A DNA stretch of 64,000 bases from Octopus vulgaris (lineage: Eukaryota): the NCBI GenBank assembly GCA_951406725.2, contig OX597818.1, positions 47,802,001-47,866,000 of the forward strand, written 5' to 3'. This document shows positions 52,922 to 64,000 of this stretch, in pieces. Every line of letters begins with the position of its first letter. Within the stretch, counting starts at the first letter, position 1. The notes under the pieces are model-generated. The model saw only the letters and a program-made list of their open reading frames with translations. It searched no databases and was not told the DNA's origin. A program made the translations under genes and the position numbers.

Positions 52922-53680
52922 ATATACAGTATATTTGTATAATGGAGTTCTATAAATTAAATTAAATTAAATATACCAGTCCCACTGCGTGGCATCTTGG
53001 GCAAGTGTCTTCTGCTCTAGCCCCGGGCCGACCAATGCCTTGTGAGTGGATTTGGTAGACGGAAACTGAAAGAAGCCCGTCATATATATATATACAGTAT
53101 ATTTGTATAATGGAGTTCTATAAATTAAATTAAATTAAATTAAATTAAATATACCAGTCCCACTGCGTGGCATCTTGGGCAAGTGTCTTCTGCTATAGCC
53201 CCGGGCCGACCAATGCCTTGTGAGTGGATTTGGTAGACGGAAACTGAAAGAAGCCCGTCATATATATATACAGTATATTTGTATAATGGAGTTCTATAAA
53301 TTAAATTAAATTAAATATACCAGTCCCACTGCGTGGCATCTTGGGCAAGTGTCTTCTGCTATAGCCCCGGGCCGACCAATGCCTTGTGAGTGGATTTGGT
53401 AGACGGAAACTGAAAGAAGCCCGTCGTATATATGTATATATATATATATATATGTGTGTGTGTATATGTTTGTGTGTCTGTGTTTGTCTTCCTAGCATTA
53501 CTTGACAACCGATGCTGGTGTGTTTACGTCCCCGTCACTTAGCGGTTCGGCATAAGAGACCGATAGAATAAGTACTGGGCTTACAAATAATAAGTCCCGG
53601 GGTCGATTTGCTCGACTAAAGGCGGTGCTCCAGCATGGCCGCAGTCAAATGACTGAAACAAGTAAAAGAGTAAAAGAGTA
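52922..53680 (+). mobile_element. 5'-truncated SINE family A with a triplicated ~175-bp flank+head segment
   Basis: Units at ~52922, ~53093 and ~53268; the third runs on into the SINE tail. Confidence 0.88.
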
Positions 53681-54329
53681 TGTAAACAAGCGTCTAACGT
53701 CTAACGCATACGCAAACGCACACACAAAAGTACATATGCATATGTGTCATATGTGTGCATGGTCACGCATGTATGTATGTATGTATGTATGTATGTAGAA
53801 AAGTTAGTGATACAAGGTTTTGGCCATATTTTTTTGTAACTGGAAGTTTGTATCGAAGGTGAGGAGCATAATTTTATTTAGACTGAGTTTATGTTGTTAG
53901 ATATTACAGAATTTATCTTCCTATCTGGGTAGAGCAATTCTAGACTTTGTTTAATTTATGTTATATCATTACATCTAATCCATCAAAAAATAAATGTCTA
54001 TATATTATCAAGACCCGAGTCAAGATCACTCTGAGACATCTCTCTTTACGCATGAACTTAACGATACCAATTTTAACTGAAGAATTGTCTTGATAAGATG
54101 AGTGTATCTGACACCCAATTGTTTCTGGCAGCATTATGTGGTGCACACACGCACACACACGCACACACACATACACACACACATTTTCTTTCTTTCTCTG
54201 TCTGTCTGTCTATCTCTCTCTCACAAACACATATTTTCATATATATTATACAAACATACATGAGTATACGTTTATGTACAAATATCTATCTTTATCTACC
54301 TCTTTCTTTTCTTTCTCTCTGTCTCTATC

Positions 54330-54394
<65 letters not shown>

Positions 54395-54409
54395 TGGCAT
54401 TTTCAAACT

Positions 54410-54476
<67 letters not shown>

Positions 54477-54776
54477 TATATATACACATATGTACACACA
54501 CATTCAGATATATTTGCACATAGTCTAGAGTTGACAAAATACAGAATAGCTTCAGGTTCTTCAATCTCGCACTACTTTTATAATTCGTGACAATCACTGA
54601 TGGTCATTCCCAGTAAATTACAAATTAAACCTATCTCTAATGAACATAAACAGCAAAGAAAACTTCCGGAAAAGAAGGCTTTAGACAAGTTCAAAATAGA
54701 AATCGATTCAGGATGAACTCTTGCATGAATGCAAATCAACTGAAAAGAAATAGTTGTTGAAATTAATATATATATA

Positions 54777-55176
54777 TATATATATAAAAGTAAGGTTGTG
54801 TGTCTGTCTCCTACGATTTAGATTCCTGACTACTCCCACATTTTGCGGTGCAGTTTAACCAAAACCGGGTATCTTATAGTCGTGATTCATATCGAGCCCT
54901 TCTGGGTATTAGCGCGCGTCTACGATGAGTCTACGATTTTAAAAATAATTCACCATCATTTTCTTCCATTTTAATACATTTTTTACTCGGTTTTATATAA
55001 GGGAAGTAACTCTCTAAAAATGTCTACGATGAGTCAACGATTTAAAAAAAAAATTTACCATCATTTTTTTTCCATTTTTAATGCATTTTTTTGCTATTTT
55101 TTGGCTATAACTCTCTAAAAATGCTTATACAGTTATTTCCCTTACAAACCCGAGCAACGCCGGGCGATACTGCTAG
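54777..55176 (+). mobile_element. Non-autonomous Helitron
   Basis: 3' hairpin + CTAG; same family as 8138 and 55903. Confidence 0.82.
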
Positions 55177-55179
55177 TAT

Positions 55180-55570
55180 ATATATAAAACAGTACTGGGA
55201 GAATAAGAAACGGAACGAAGCGAACGAATCGAATCGAACCCGACGCGAGGGCGCTGTCAAACAATAGTGTAATAAATAAAATATATGCATACATACAAAC
55301 ATATATGTACGTACCTACATCTACATATATATATGCATGCACATATAAATATATATACGTGAGTACAGGACACCACAACTAGACGTAGAACTCAACGAGA
55401 AACGAAAACGGAAAAAACATTTTTTTACAACAGAAAAACAGAGACGTAGAACTCAACGGGAAACGAAAACGGAAAAAACCATATACAACAGAAAAACAGA
55501 GTGCAGGACATACTACACAAGGAAAAATCCCCTATCATCAGCTGTCACTAGTTCGACTCCAGCGTGTATA
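55180..55570 (-). mobile_element. Partial copy of the 37335 family
   Basis: Collinear with 37340-37700. Confidence 0.8.
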
Positions 55571-55860
55571 ATTCAAAGACCCACCATATGAAATTCCAAG
55601 TGCATATTCTTTTATTTTTTTTACTTGTTTCAGTCATTTGACTGCGGTTGTGCTAGAGCATCGCCCCACATATTTCAACTTATTACCCGGAGTCGTTACG
55701 ATTTCGGTGCTTGGAAAAAGTTAACATCATTCGTCTTAAAAGAGCCAGGGTTCACGCGAAACGCAGCGGGCAGAAGTCGTACGCCTTATAAAACAGCACG
55801 GAGATAGAAGATTGGTTCAAAAACAAACACACACACATACACACACGTATATATATATAT

Positions 55861-56697
55861 ATATAACAAGTAAAAAGTTCGTTATAGGCATGTATGATAA
55901 AATCTTTATATATAAAAGTGAAGTTGTGTGTTTGTCTCCTACGATTTAGATTCCTAACTACTCCCACATTTTGCGGTGCAGTTTAACCAAAACCGGGTAT
56001 CTTATAGTCGTGATTCATATCAAGCCCTTCTGGGTATTAGCGCACGTCTACGATGAGTCTACGATTTAAAAAAAAATTACCATCATTTTTTTCCATTTTA
56101 ATGAATTTTTTCGCTATTATATAAGGGAAGTGACTCTCTAAAAATGTCTACGATGAGTCAACGATTTAAAAAAAAACTTACCATAATTTTTTTTCCATTT
56201 TTAATGCATTTTTTTGCTATTTTTTGGCTATAACTCTCTAAAAATGCTTATATAGTTATTTCCCTTACAAACCCGAGCAACGCCGGGCGATACTGCTAGT
56301 CTTATATAAGACACTACTAACAATTAGAAAAATGGAGAAGAGAAGATATTAAAAGTTCAAATTAGAATTTAATTTCCACATACGACTATTTAAAATGGTA
56401 ATATAAACATAAGAAAGAACATTAATAATAATAATAATAATTATAATAATTAAAATAGTTATGTATTACCATTCTCGTCAGTGTAAAAAAATCAAAGGAA
56501 ACATAAAAAAAAAAAGGTATTACCAGAAAAAAAAAATTAGAAGGAAAAGCGAAGAAGCTATGTCGGAGAAGTTGACCGGATATTTGCAAATATCCGGTTA
56601 ACTTCTTCTCTTCTCCATTTATATAATTATTAGTAGTGTTTTATATAAGATTTTATCTTATACATGCCTATAACAAAAACATTTTACTTCTTATATA
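55861..56697. mobile_element. Inverted-repeat element with decayed hammerhead, interrupted by a Helitron
   Basis: 55861-55902 joined to 56300-56346 is a reverse complement of 56602-56697; internal hairpin 56567-56606. Confidence 0.72.
55903..56299 (+). mobile_element. Non-autonomous Helitron, complete
   Basis: Inserted between A and T without TSD; 5' TC, 3' hairpin + CTAG. Confidence 0.88.
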
Positions 56698-56702
56698 TAT
56701 AC

Positions 56703-56735
<33 letters not shown>

Positions 56736-56779
56736 TGTATGTATGTATGTATGTATGTATGTATGTATGTATGTATACA

Positions 56780-56983
56780 TTTGCCATGATAGATCGCTGA
56801 CCACTACATATTCTTTATATTTTTCTTTATTTTCTCTCCTTGTTTTTTTTCTGTGTTCCTTTCTGTGTAAGAGCGTAGGCTCGAAACGTTAAAGACTTTT
56901 TTCACTTCCCGAGCGTCAAACTAATACATCTGTTTGTTGTCCACAACGCCTGTCTTCGTCTTTTTTTTTGTGAATTCTCCCCA
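56780..56983 (+). mobile_element. Short PLE-like terminal fragment with degenerate minimal hammerhead
   Basis: CTTT-CTGTGTA-A-GAGC-GTAG-GCTC-GAAAC-GTT-AAAG at 56859-56894; flanked by microsatellites. Confidence 0.5.
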
Positions 56984-57015
56984 TACACATACACACGCAC
57001 ACACATATACATACA

Positions 57016-57049
<34 letters not shown>

Positions 57050-57084
57050 CATACATGCACACAGATATACATATAATTACATAC

Positions 57085-57911
57085 TTTCTCACATACCATG
57101 CTATACTGTTTTCTTCTGCTCTAATGCTGTGTTCGCATCCAATAAGTCCTCTTCCCCCACTTTTTCTTGGTACATACAGTCTATCTATGTCACTTTTTGG
57201 GTGGAGTGACCCATATCTAGTTAGAAACTTCCTTGTCTTTCTGTTTAAGCTGTTTAGTTCATCTACTCTTCATGCATACATATCTAAGGAGTGAAACCGC
57301 CCAGGGGTCGATAGCTTCGATCTTATTCCGTCCATTCAGTTTCAACTTTAGCATCAGTCTCAGTCTGCGCAAGTACGCCACCTTAAATTTTTCTGTCATT
57401 TCTTTCTCCACCAATTTATCCCTTTCCAAAATCCCCAAGTACTTATAGCCCGTCACTTCTATCTGCTCATAACCTCCCCCAACGGTATCGCTAGCCCGTC
57501 CATACATTTGATTTTGCCTATCTTCAAGTCTAATACACCACACTTTCTCAGTCAGAACTCCATTCCGATATCAGCACTGAAGGTATATACTGTATCAACG
57601 AGAGAACTGACTTGGGCTTCATCTTTACCACAAAGTTTGAGGTCATCCATGAATAACAAATGGTTGACTTTTTGTTGGCGGCTTTTGAATACATACCCAG
57701 CTTTTGCTTTCCTCAGAATCAGTGTTAGTGGTATCAAGCACAGTACAAAGATCAGTGGGGACAGTACAAAGATGCCCCTCCCAATTTCTACTGCCCCGAA
57801 GCTTATTCCGTATGCTGTCAGGTCCATCCTCCAATTCGCCATACTTTTCCCAAGCAATCGTTCAACATTCGATGCAATGCCAAATAGGTTCATACACTCC
57901 ATAATCAGCAT
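57085..57911 (-). mobile_element. R4/Dong-clade LINE RT fragment
   Basis: LSPLIFVLCLIPL, NHLLFMDDLKL, DIGMEF, YKYLGILE, LNGRNKIEAI motifs. Confidence 0.88.
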
Positions 57912-58296
57912 CCTTGCAGGTGGGGCCCAGTTAGTATTTTCTTCAGGTTGAGTAGCCCATCCCGCTCAAAAGGTCTCTGAATAAGGGTTGTTTAAGGATG
58001 TTGAAAGAACCACCCATGTTTCCAGAGGTGAATTATTCAAACCCCAAAGAATCCCTCTCAACACATGGCTATGATGCTCCCCCACTACTTCTGCTCGTGA
58101 TCAGAGATGCACATATCGTCAGCCACTAAGGGACATGCTCAACTGGTTAAGGTCAAACAACTGACAAGCAAATCTGTGGGTATTGAGCAGAATATTTGCT
58201 GTAGCCCATCTTTTATACCAAGACAAAACAATGTACATGATAACACTTCCAATCAGTCAAGATCAGAAGCCATGAGAGCCACTGCCTGGTACTGCA

Positions 58297-58333
<37 letters not shown>

Positions 58334-58334
58334 T

Positions 58335-58689
58335 ATTGTCTTTGTACAGCTTCTAACACTGGAGATTTACTACGGTGCCAGCAGTTCACTACCAGTGAAA
58401 TAAGGTAGCCCCTTATTTATCGAGCACCATCCGAAATATTCGAGCGGTTCTGTTTTCTGCAAGTGCTCCACCCCTATTTGTTCCATGTTCTTCTCAAGAG
58501 TTTTACTCTCTGTTCCCAGGGCTCCGACAATTATTGGTACTACTACCACCTTTTTCATCGACCACAACAGCTTAACCTCCCAAGCTAACATGTCATATCT
58601 ATCGACTTTTCTTTCTTCCTTATCGCATACCATGTTATCAGCTTGGCATGCTATATCTATGCTCCAACATCGTTTGCTTTCTTTCTCAA
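58335..58689 (-). mobile_element. R4/Dong LINE 3' end (continues at 61192-61360 across the piggyBac)
   Basis: VVVVPIIVGALG motif; (TAA)n tail at 58298-58335. Confidence 0.82.
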
Positions 58690-58693
58690 TTAA

Positions 58694-61187
58694 CCCTTCG
58701 TCTACCAGAGAAAATGTGTGTCGCTAATTACCAACTGGTCCAATGGACCTAATTGTTTTCTTTTAACTAAATTTTATTCAAACTCTATCACTATTTCTTA
58801 GTTACATTATATATGCTATCAGGTGAATGAAGAATTGCTGTCTCTCATAAATTTTTGTGAGAAAAAAAAAAAAAAAAATATATATATACTTAGAGAATAT
58901 ATAAATTTTAAAAAATTACAAAGATACTGAATTACAGCTCTTTATGGCAGTGAATGCAGACAACATTGGAATGTTCTTGGCAAACATGGATATTATAATT
59001 CTTACATGTAGTACGAGTTTTCCTGTCTTTTTTGGGTTACACAAAGAATACCTTCCTTTTTTCTTTGGCTGAAGAATCTCAAGCGAGGTTGAAGAACATT
59101 TTCTTTTCTTGTTCGAGAAATGTTAGCGAAACTAGAAGATTGTTTGTCATGTTCTTGTTTAGCATTAACTCCAGCAAGTTCCTTTCCTAACTGAATTTGG
59201 CACTGCCTTCTTTTATCCTTGAATATTTGCAAGTGGTGCTGTTTAGCATTCACTGCACTTATATCAATCATGTTGTAGAATATAACCATAGGCTATCTTG
59301 AAGTCATTCTTTTGCAAGTGTATGTCCTTAACATTTTATCTAGGGTATCTACTTCTCCTTTTGTTTTGTTGTGACATGTAATAACTTCAGATTTCTTTTC
59401 AGCACTTTTTGAATCAATTGAAGGCTGAGAGTGCATTGTACTCATAAGTGTGGTGACTACATAATTTTTCCTGGGATAATAAGATAGGATCATAGAATCC
59501 TTTTGAAATCCAAATATTGTGCAGTTGATTTCTCTTTCTTTTCCATTTGTGAAAGCACTTGGAAGTTCTACTCCGTTCTTTCTAATTGTTCCAACTCGAG
59601 TAGTTTTCTTGCAAAGCAGCTTTCGAGCCAAGCCTAGACTTGTAAAAAATAATCATAAGTTATATTGCGACCAGTATTTTCAAGTTCTTTTACTCGGTCT
59701 TCAACAACCCTTGAACCGTGATTTGTCTCTTTCCCTTTTACTGGGTCTTTCCCAGTGTAGATTTGTATTTTCCAAGCATAAGATGTTTCACTGTCACATA
59801 CTGCCCAAATTTTAATTCCACATTTCTCTGGTATTGAAGGAAAATATATCCGGAATGGGCAGCGCCCTCTGAATGAAGCTAATTGTTCATCAAGTGTCAT
59901 GCATGAATTTGGGACATATCCACACTGCAAATTCTGATTCTACTTTTCAAATACTTCTCTTATGGGCTCCAATTTATCATCACTTAGCTTTTATCTTCTT
60001 GCATTTGCAGCATCAAAACGCAATACTTGTAAAATCTGTTGAAATCTTCCCCGGCTCATAATTTTGTTGAATATTGGGCAGCCATCTTCTTGACTCCATA
60101 ACTGTGCGACATTTTCATGTTTAGATTTATAAACACATATAAGAATAATCAGTCCAATAAATTTCTTTAGTTCAGAGTGATCAATTTCCTTCCATTTATC
60201 TTTGTAAACAACCTGGCCTTCAGCATTTGTCCATTTACGAATTACTTCAAGAAGATTCTGGTGCATAAAGATAGTAAAACATGTTTCAATGCTATCGCAA
60301 GGCCTTTTAGCAAAACGGATGGTACACATTCTTGAAACACAATATTGCAAGATGAAGTTCTTACTGCTGCTTGAGTAAGAGGATTAGAATGCCAAACTTC
60401 TTGACTGTCTTTAAAACCACATTGCTCATTCATAACTGGGTAGCTTGCAGATAATTGTTTTTGAGTTTCTTCATCATCTGATGACACAGAACCTAAACTA
60501 TCCAGCACACAATCACTTTCACTATCATCTTCACAGCAATAGAAGGAATCGCTAGTACCTTCTTCCCATTCTTCATTTAATTCCAGTAACCTTTTCAATA
60601 TTTGGTCTTCACTCGAGTGTTCACGTCTAGGCATATTGGAAAGCACAACTGAACAATATGAAACTTGATAGCAGTCAAAAGGCAAATATTGCTCCCTCAC
60701 ATATTTATACTCTCCTGAAAGCTGATGCAGTATATTGTAAGAATTGCGTCATCACATAGAAATATTGCATCACCCTATAACCAAGCAGACTGAAGGTGAT
60801 GCAATACCACACAAATTTACAGGAGAATTTTCATAATTTTTCCTATTTTATCTAAAATTCAGCAAATAAATTGAATACAATTTTATCTACTTTATATCTG
60901 ATAAATATCTAAGAAAATAATATTTGATACTGCTTTTATTCTGTTTAGAATGACAAGAGTATTGTCTGAATTTAATTCGAGGGTCCAATGGACCCATACG
61001 GTAATTAATATATCAAGTGAAATTTTTTAGCTTTTATAAACATACGGAAAATATCCCATTTGACAAATAAAAGAGTCAAGAAAAAATAAGTCACGAGAAA
61101 TCAGCAGAATTAAATAACATAAACAGTAGGAAAAAGCAACTAAAAAAAACTGAGATGGGTCCATTGGACCCATTGGTAGACAGAAGG
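58694..61187 (-). mobile_element. piggyBac transposon, full length but decayed
   Basis: TTAA on both sides, TIR CC(C)TTC(T)GTCTACCA; frameshifted ORFs with MSRGRF, LDEQLASFRGRCPFRIY, GIKIWAVCD, GTIRKN and TKGEVDTLD. Confidence 0.93.
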
Positions 61188-61191
61188 TTAA

Positions 61192-61360
61192 CACCATGTC
61201 TGGTTTCCTATTTTTGTCTCATGGTCGTACTGAATCATAAAATCCCACAATATCTTTGCTTTATCATTTTCGTACCACTTTTTTGCTCTGGCAAGTCCAT
61301 ACTTGTTCCAAAGTGTCCAATGGACAATCCTTGCTATATTGTCATGGCGTCTCTTATATT
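61192..61360 (-). mobile_element. R4/Dong LINE fragment upstream of the piggyBac insertion
   Basis: ENDKAKILWDFMIQYDH..KNRKPDMVL joins IEKE..CW.IDIAC at 58689. Confidence 0.8.
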
Positions 61361-61652
61361 CTTTTATTTTTTAGTTTCATATGAACTCGTGGTGAGCTCT
61401 GGAGCGCTACTAATTTATAGGGAGTTGACAGTCTCTTCACAACGTGAGGTAGGATTAATATTTTGAATGTGAAGGCACGGAATATGAAAAGGATGCAAAG
61501 AGTTCACATATATAAGTAACTAATTTAAATTATTTTATGTATTTTATCTTTTGCAAAATTCTTACAATTTCTAGTTAGTGGTAATCATATATAATACCAT
61601 TTCATTCTTTTTAGCAACCTTCAGCATGACGTAAGCTCTAAATTTGTTAATT

Positions 61653-61701
<49 letters not shown>

Positions 61702-62469
61702 TACACACACACACACACATATATATATACTAGCATACATACATACATACATACATGTATACATACACATGTATGCTGACGTATGCATGTATGTGTATCC
61801 ATGATTTCTGCATTATATTATGTATTTTTGCATACCATTTCTAGTAGCTGCATACGAGCCTTCTTGATGTTTAATATAGTGTAGCCTAGTTTACTAAAGA
61901 GAATCAATATGACGCTAGTCCGGCATATTCTCATCTCGGGCTGTGGATTATTGCCGTATTTGATGATTTTATCAATTTGTACCAGTGGCTTATACGATTC
62001 TTATATGTTGATATGTGTGTGTTTTTATGGAGAGTGTACACATGCGTGAGTGAGTACGTGTGTGTATGTTTGAGCCTGTATGCGTGTATTTATTTTAATA
62101 AATAACTTTCAGATATAACTTCACAGTAGTTCATATATAAATTCCACTTTTTTATGCAGACATTTACATACACAAACATACTTATGTTTTTATATGTAGC
62201 CTAGAAAGAGAGAGAGAGAGAGAAGGTCAAAGACACGAGCTGTGGAAGAGCGGTGCCATAAAATGATACTTATTAATTTTCTATTATTTATCAAGCTATA
62301 ATGATCTTCATGGAGGCAACAGCCGTTCGTGACTGGTTCCACGTGACAACAGATTCTATCCTTTCTTAACAACATACCAAAAATTTCTCTTTTAACTATT
62401 TGTGGGCGATTCACAACAAACCCAGACGAATTCATTCTTTGAAAGTCTATCAAGTTTTAAGTTTTATGC

Positions 62470-62503
62470 ATATATATATATACATAAATTTATATATGTA
62501 TAA

Positions 62504-62580
<77 letters not shown>

Positions 62581-62817
62581 TGTATATCTGTATGTGTGTA
62601 TGTATGTTTGTATGTATGCATGTGTGTGTGCAAAGTATGTATATATATAAACATGCATATATACATACCGCATACATGTAACTATATATGCGTATATACT
62701 TATGCACAGATTTTAACAAACGCGCTTACACAGACACACACACACACAACGTGAGTGTGCACATATATATATATATATGTGTATGTATATATATATATAT
62801 ATACATACGCATACATA

Positions 62818-62860
<43 letters not shown>

Positions 62861-62960
62861 ATATATATATATATATATGTATATACACACTCTCTGACAT
62901 GCATCCATATATTTATGCATTAATGTATGTATGTATACGCACGCTTATACACAAGATATG
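62470..62960. repeat. Compound (TA)/(TG)/(CA) microsatellite field
   Basis: Direct reading. Confidence 0.9.
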
Positions 62961-63666
62961 ATATATTTATTTATCTCTATATTTTAGATATTACTTTGTA
63001 TTATCTTCAGCATTGGTTTACTTTCTTCTTTGATCAAAATGGAAACGGCTTTTGATTTGAATTTTTTTTTTCTACTAGAAAATAACGATGTGTCAATTTA
63101 CATTTTTTTTAAAGAAATTTTTTTTCTTTCTTCACTGAAAAACGAAGATAACAACGTAGTGTGTATGACCGGAAGAAAGAATGGAAAAAAGAAAGAGATA
63201 AAGAAGAGGGAACTGGAATAAGATTATGGAAAGCCATATAGCCAGATAGATAAAGAAAAATGAAATTTTAGAAAATAAATGGAGGACTCAAAATGCAGAC
63301 ATTATGTTAAATATAATACAAACACACGCTCTAATTTACACATGCATGCATACATGCATATGATAATTGTTTTTTTTTTTAAGTATTCCTGTTTTATATC
63401 CGAACAAAGTTATATATTTTTACGCCTCTCAAAGTACATTTGTAAGCGGGTGTCACTTAGTGATAGCTCTAAATTGTGTTATATACCGAGTAATAACGCC
63501 ATGTCGCTATTTTTTTTCCGTATAAATTTATTGCGTCAGTGATTAATGATTTATTAGTTCAGTAAATTTTGAGTCGTTGACTCAATATAACTCGGTCCCT
63601 TATTAAAACTCGAATCAATAATACTTGAAATTAATTTCTCTCTCTCCCCCTCTCTCTACCTCCACC

Positions 63667-63732
<66 letters not shown>

Positions 63733-64000
63733 CTCTCTCTCTCTCTCTGTTTTTAGATATATAAAACATTGTCCAACCCAAACTTGACCTAGTGACCTAA
63801 TAATTTTCCTTTGTGACGTTTCCATAGTTTATCTGATGAAAATCACGAACCTTTATGTAGAAGAAAGAGCAGGCGGCGAACAATTGGACGTGCAATTTAT
63901 TCTTTTCAAATGTCGAGCAACGAGAAGCAAAAGAATCTGTCAAGGAATTGAAGTGGTGATTAGGTTTTGTTTCGGTTGGCCTTTCGGTCCAGTAAAAGAG

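Noticed and set aside
54560-54745. Possible minus-strand exon after acceptor tttcttttcag
   Set aside because: No clear donor and no recognisable peptide
62220-62350. Cluster of TF-like motifs (AGGTCA, GCCATAAA, CACGTG)
   Set aside because: Short motifs expected by chance; cannot be supported without conservation or chromatin data

Overview
Eukaryotic, AT-rich DNA saturated with microsatellites and almost entirely transposon-derived. The SINE families and the (TA)n/(CA)n/(CATA)n density look like an octopus (coleoid cephalopod) genome; this is an inference from recognition. There is no intact host gene: one plausible minus-strand terminal exon lies at 52607-52900, and most ORFs in the track are microsatellite translations. 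Recognisable elements are three abundant tRNA-derived SINE families, a young CR1-group LINE 3' part, RTE and R4/Dong LINE fragments, a gag/ORF1 remnant, Penelope-like element (PLE) RT and GIY-YIG fragments, a decayed full-length piggyBac, mariner and pogo remnants, Merlin-type and piggyBac-type MITEs, and Helitron/Helentron non-autonomous copies. The most interesting signal is a set of several sequence-unrelated short fold-back (inverted-repeat) elements. Most sit in (TA)n tracts and carry minimal type-I hammerhead ribozyme cores (CTGANGA...GAAAC + palindromic stem III), the same motif that ends the PLE remnant at ~43450. One of them (20113-20670) joins a tRNA/Pol III head to a hammerhead tail in a head-to-head palindrome, making it a candidate Penelope-mobilised, ribozyme-bearing SINE. 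Coordinates were read by eye and may be off by a few bases; family names come from motif recognition, not database searches.
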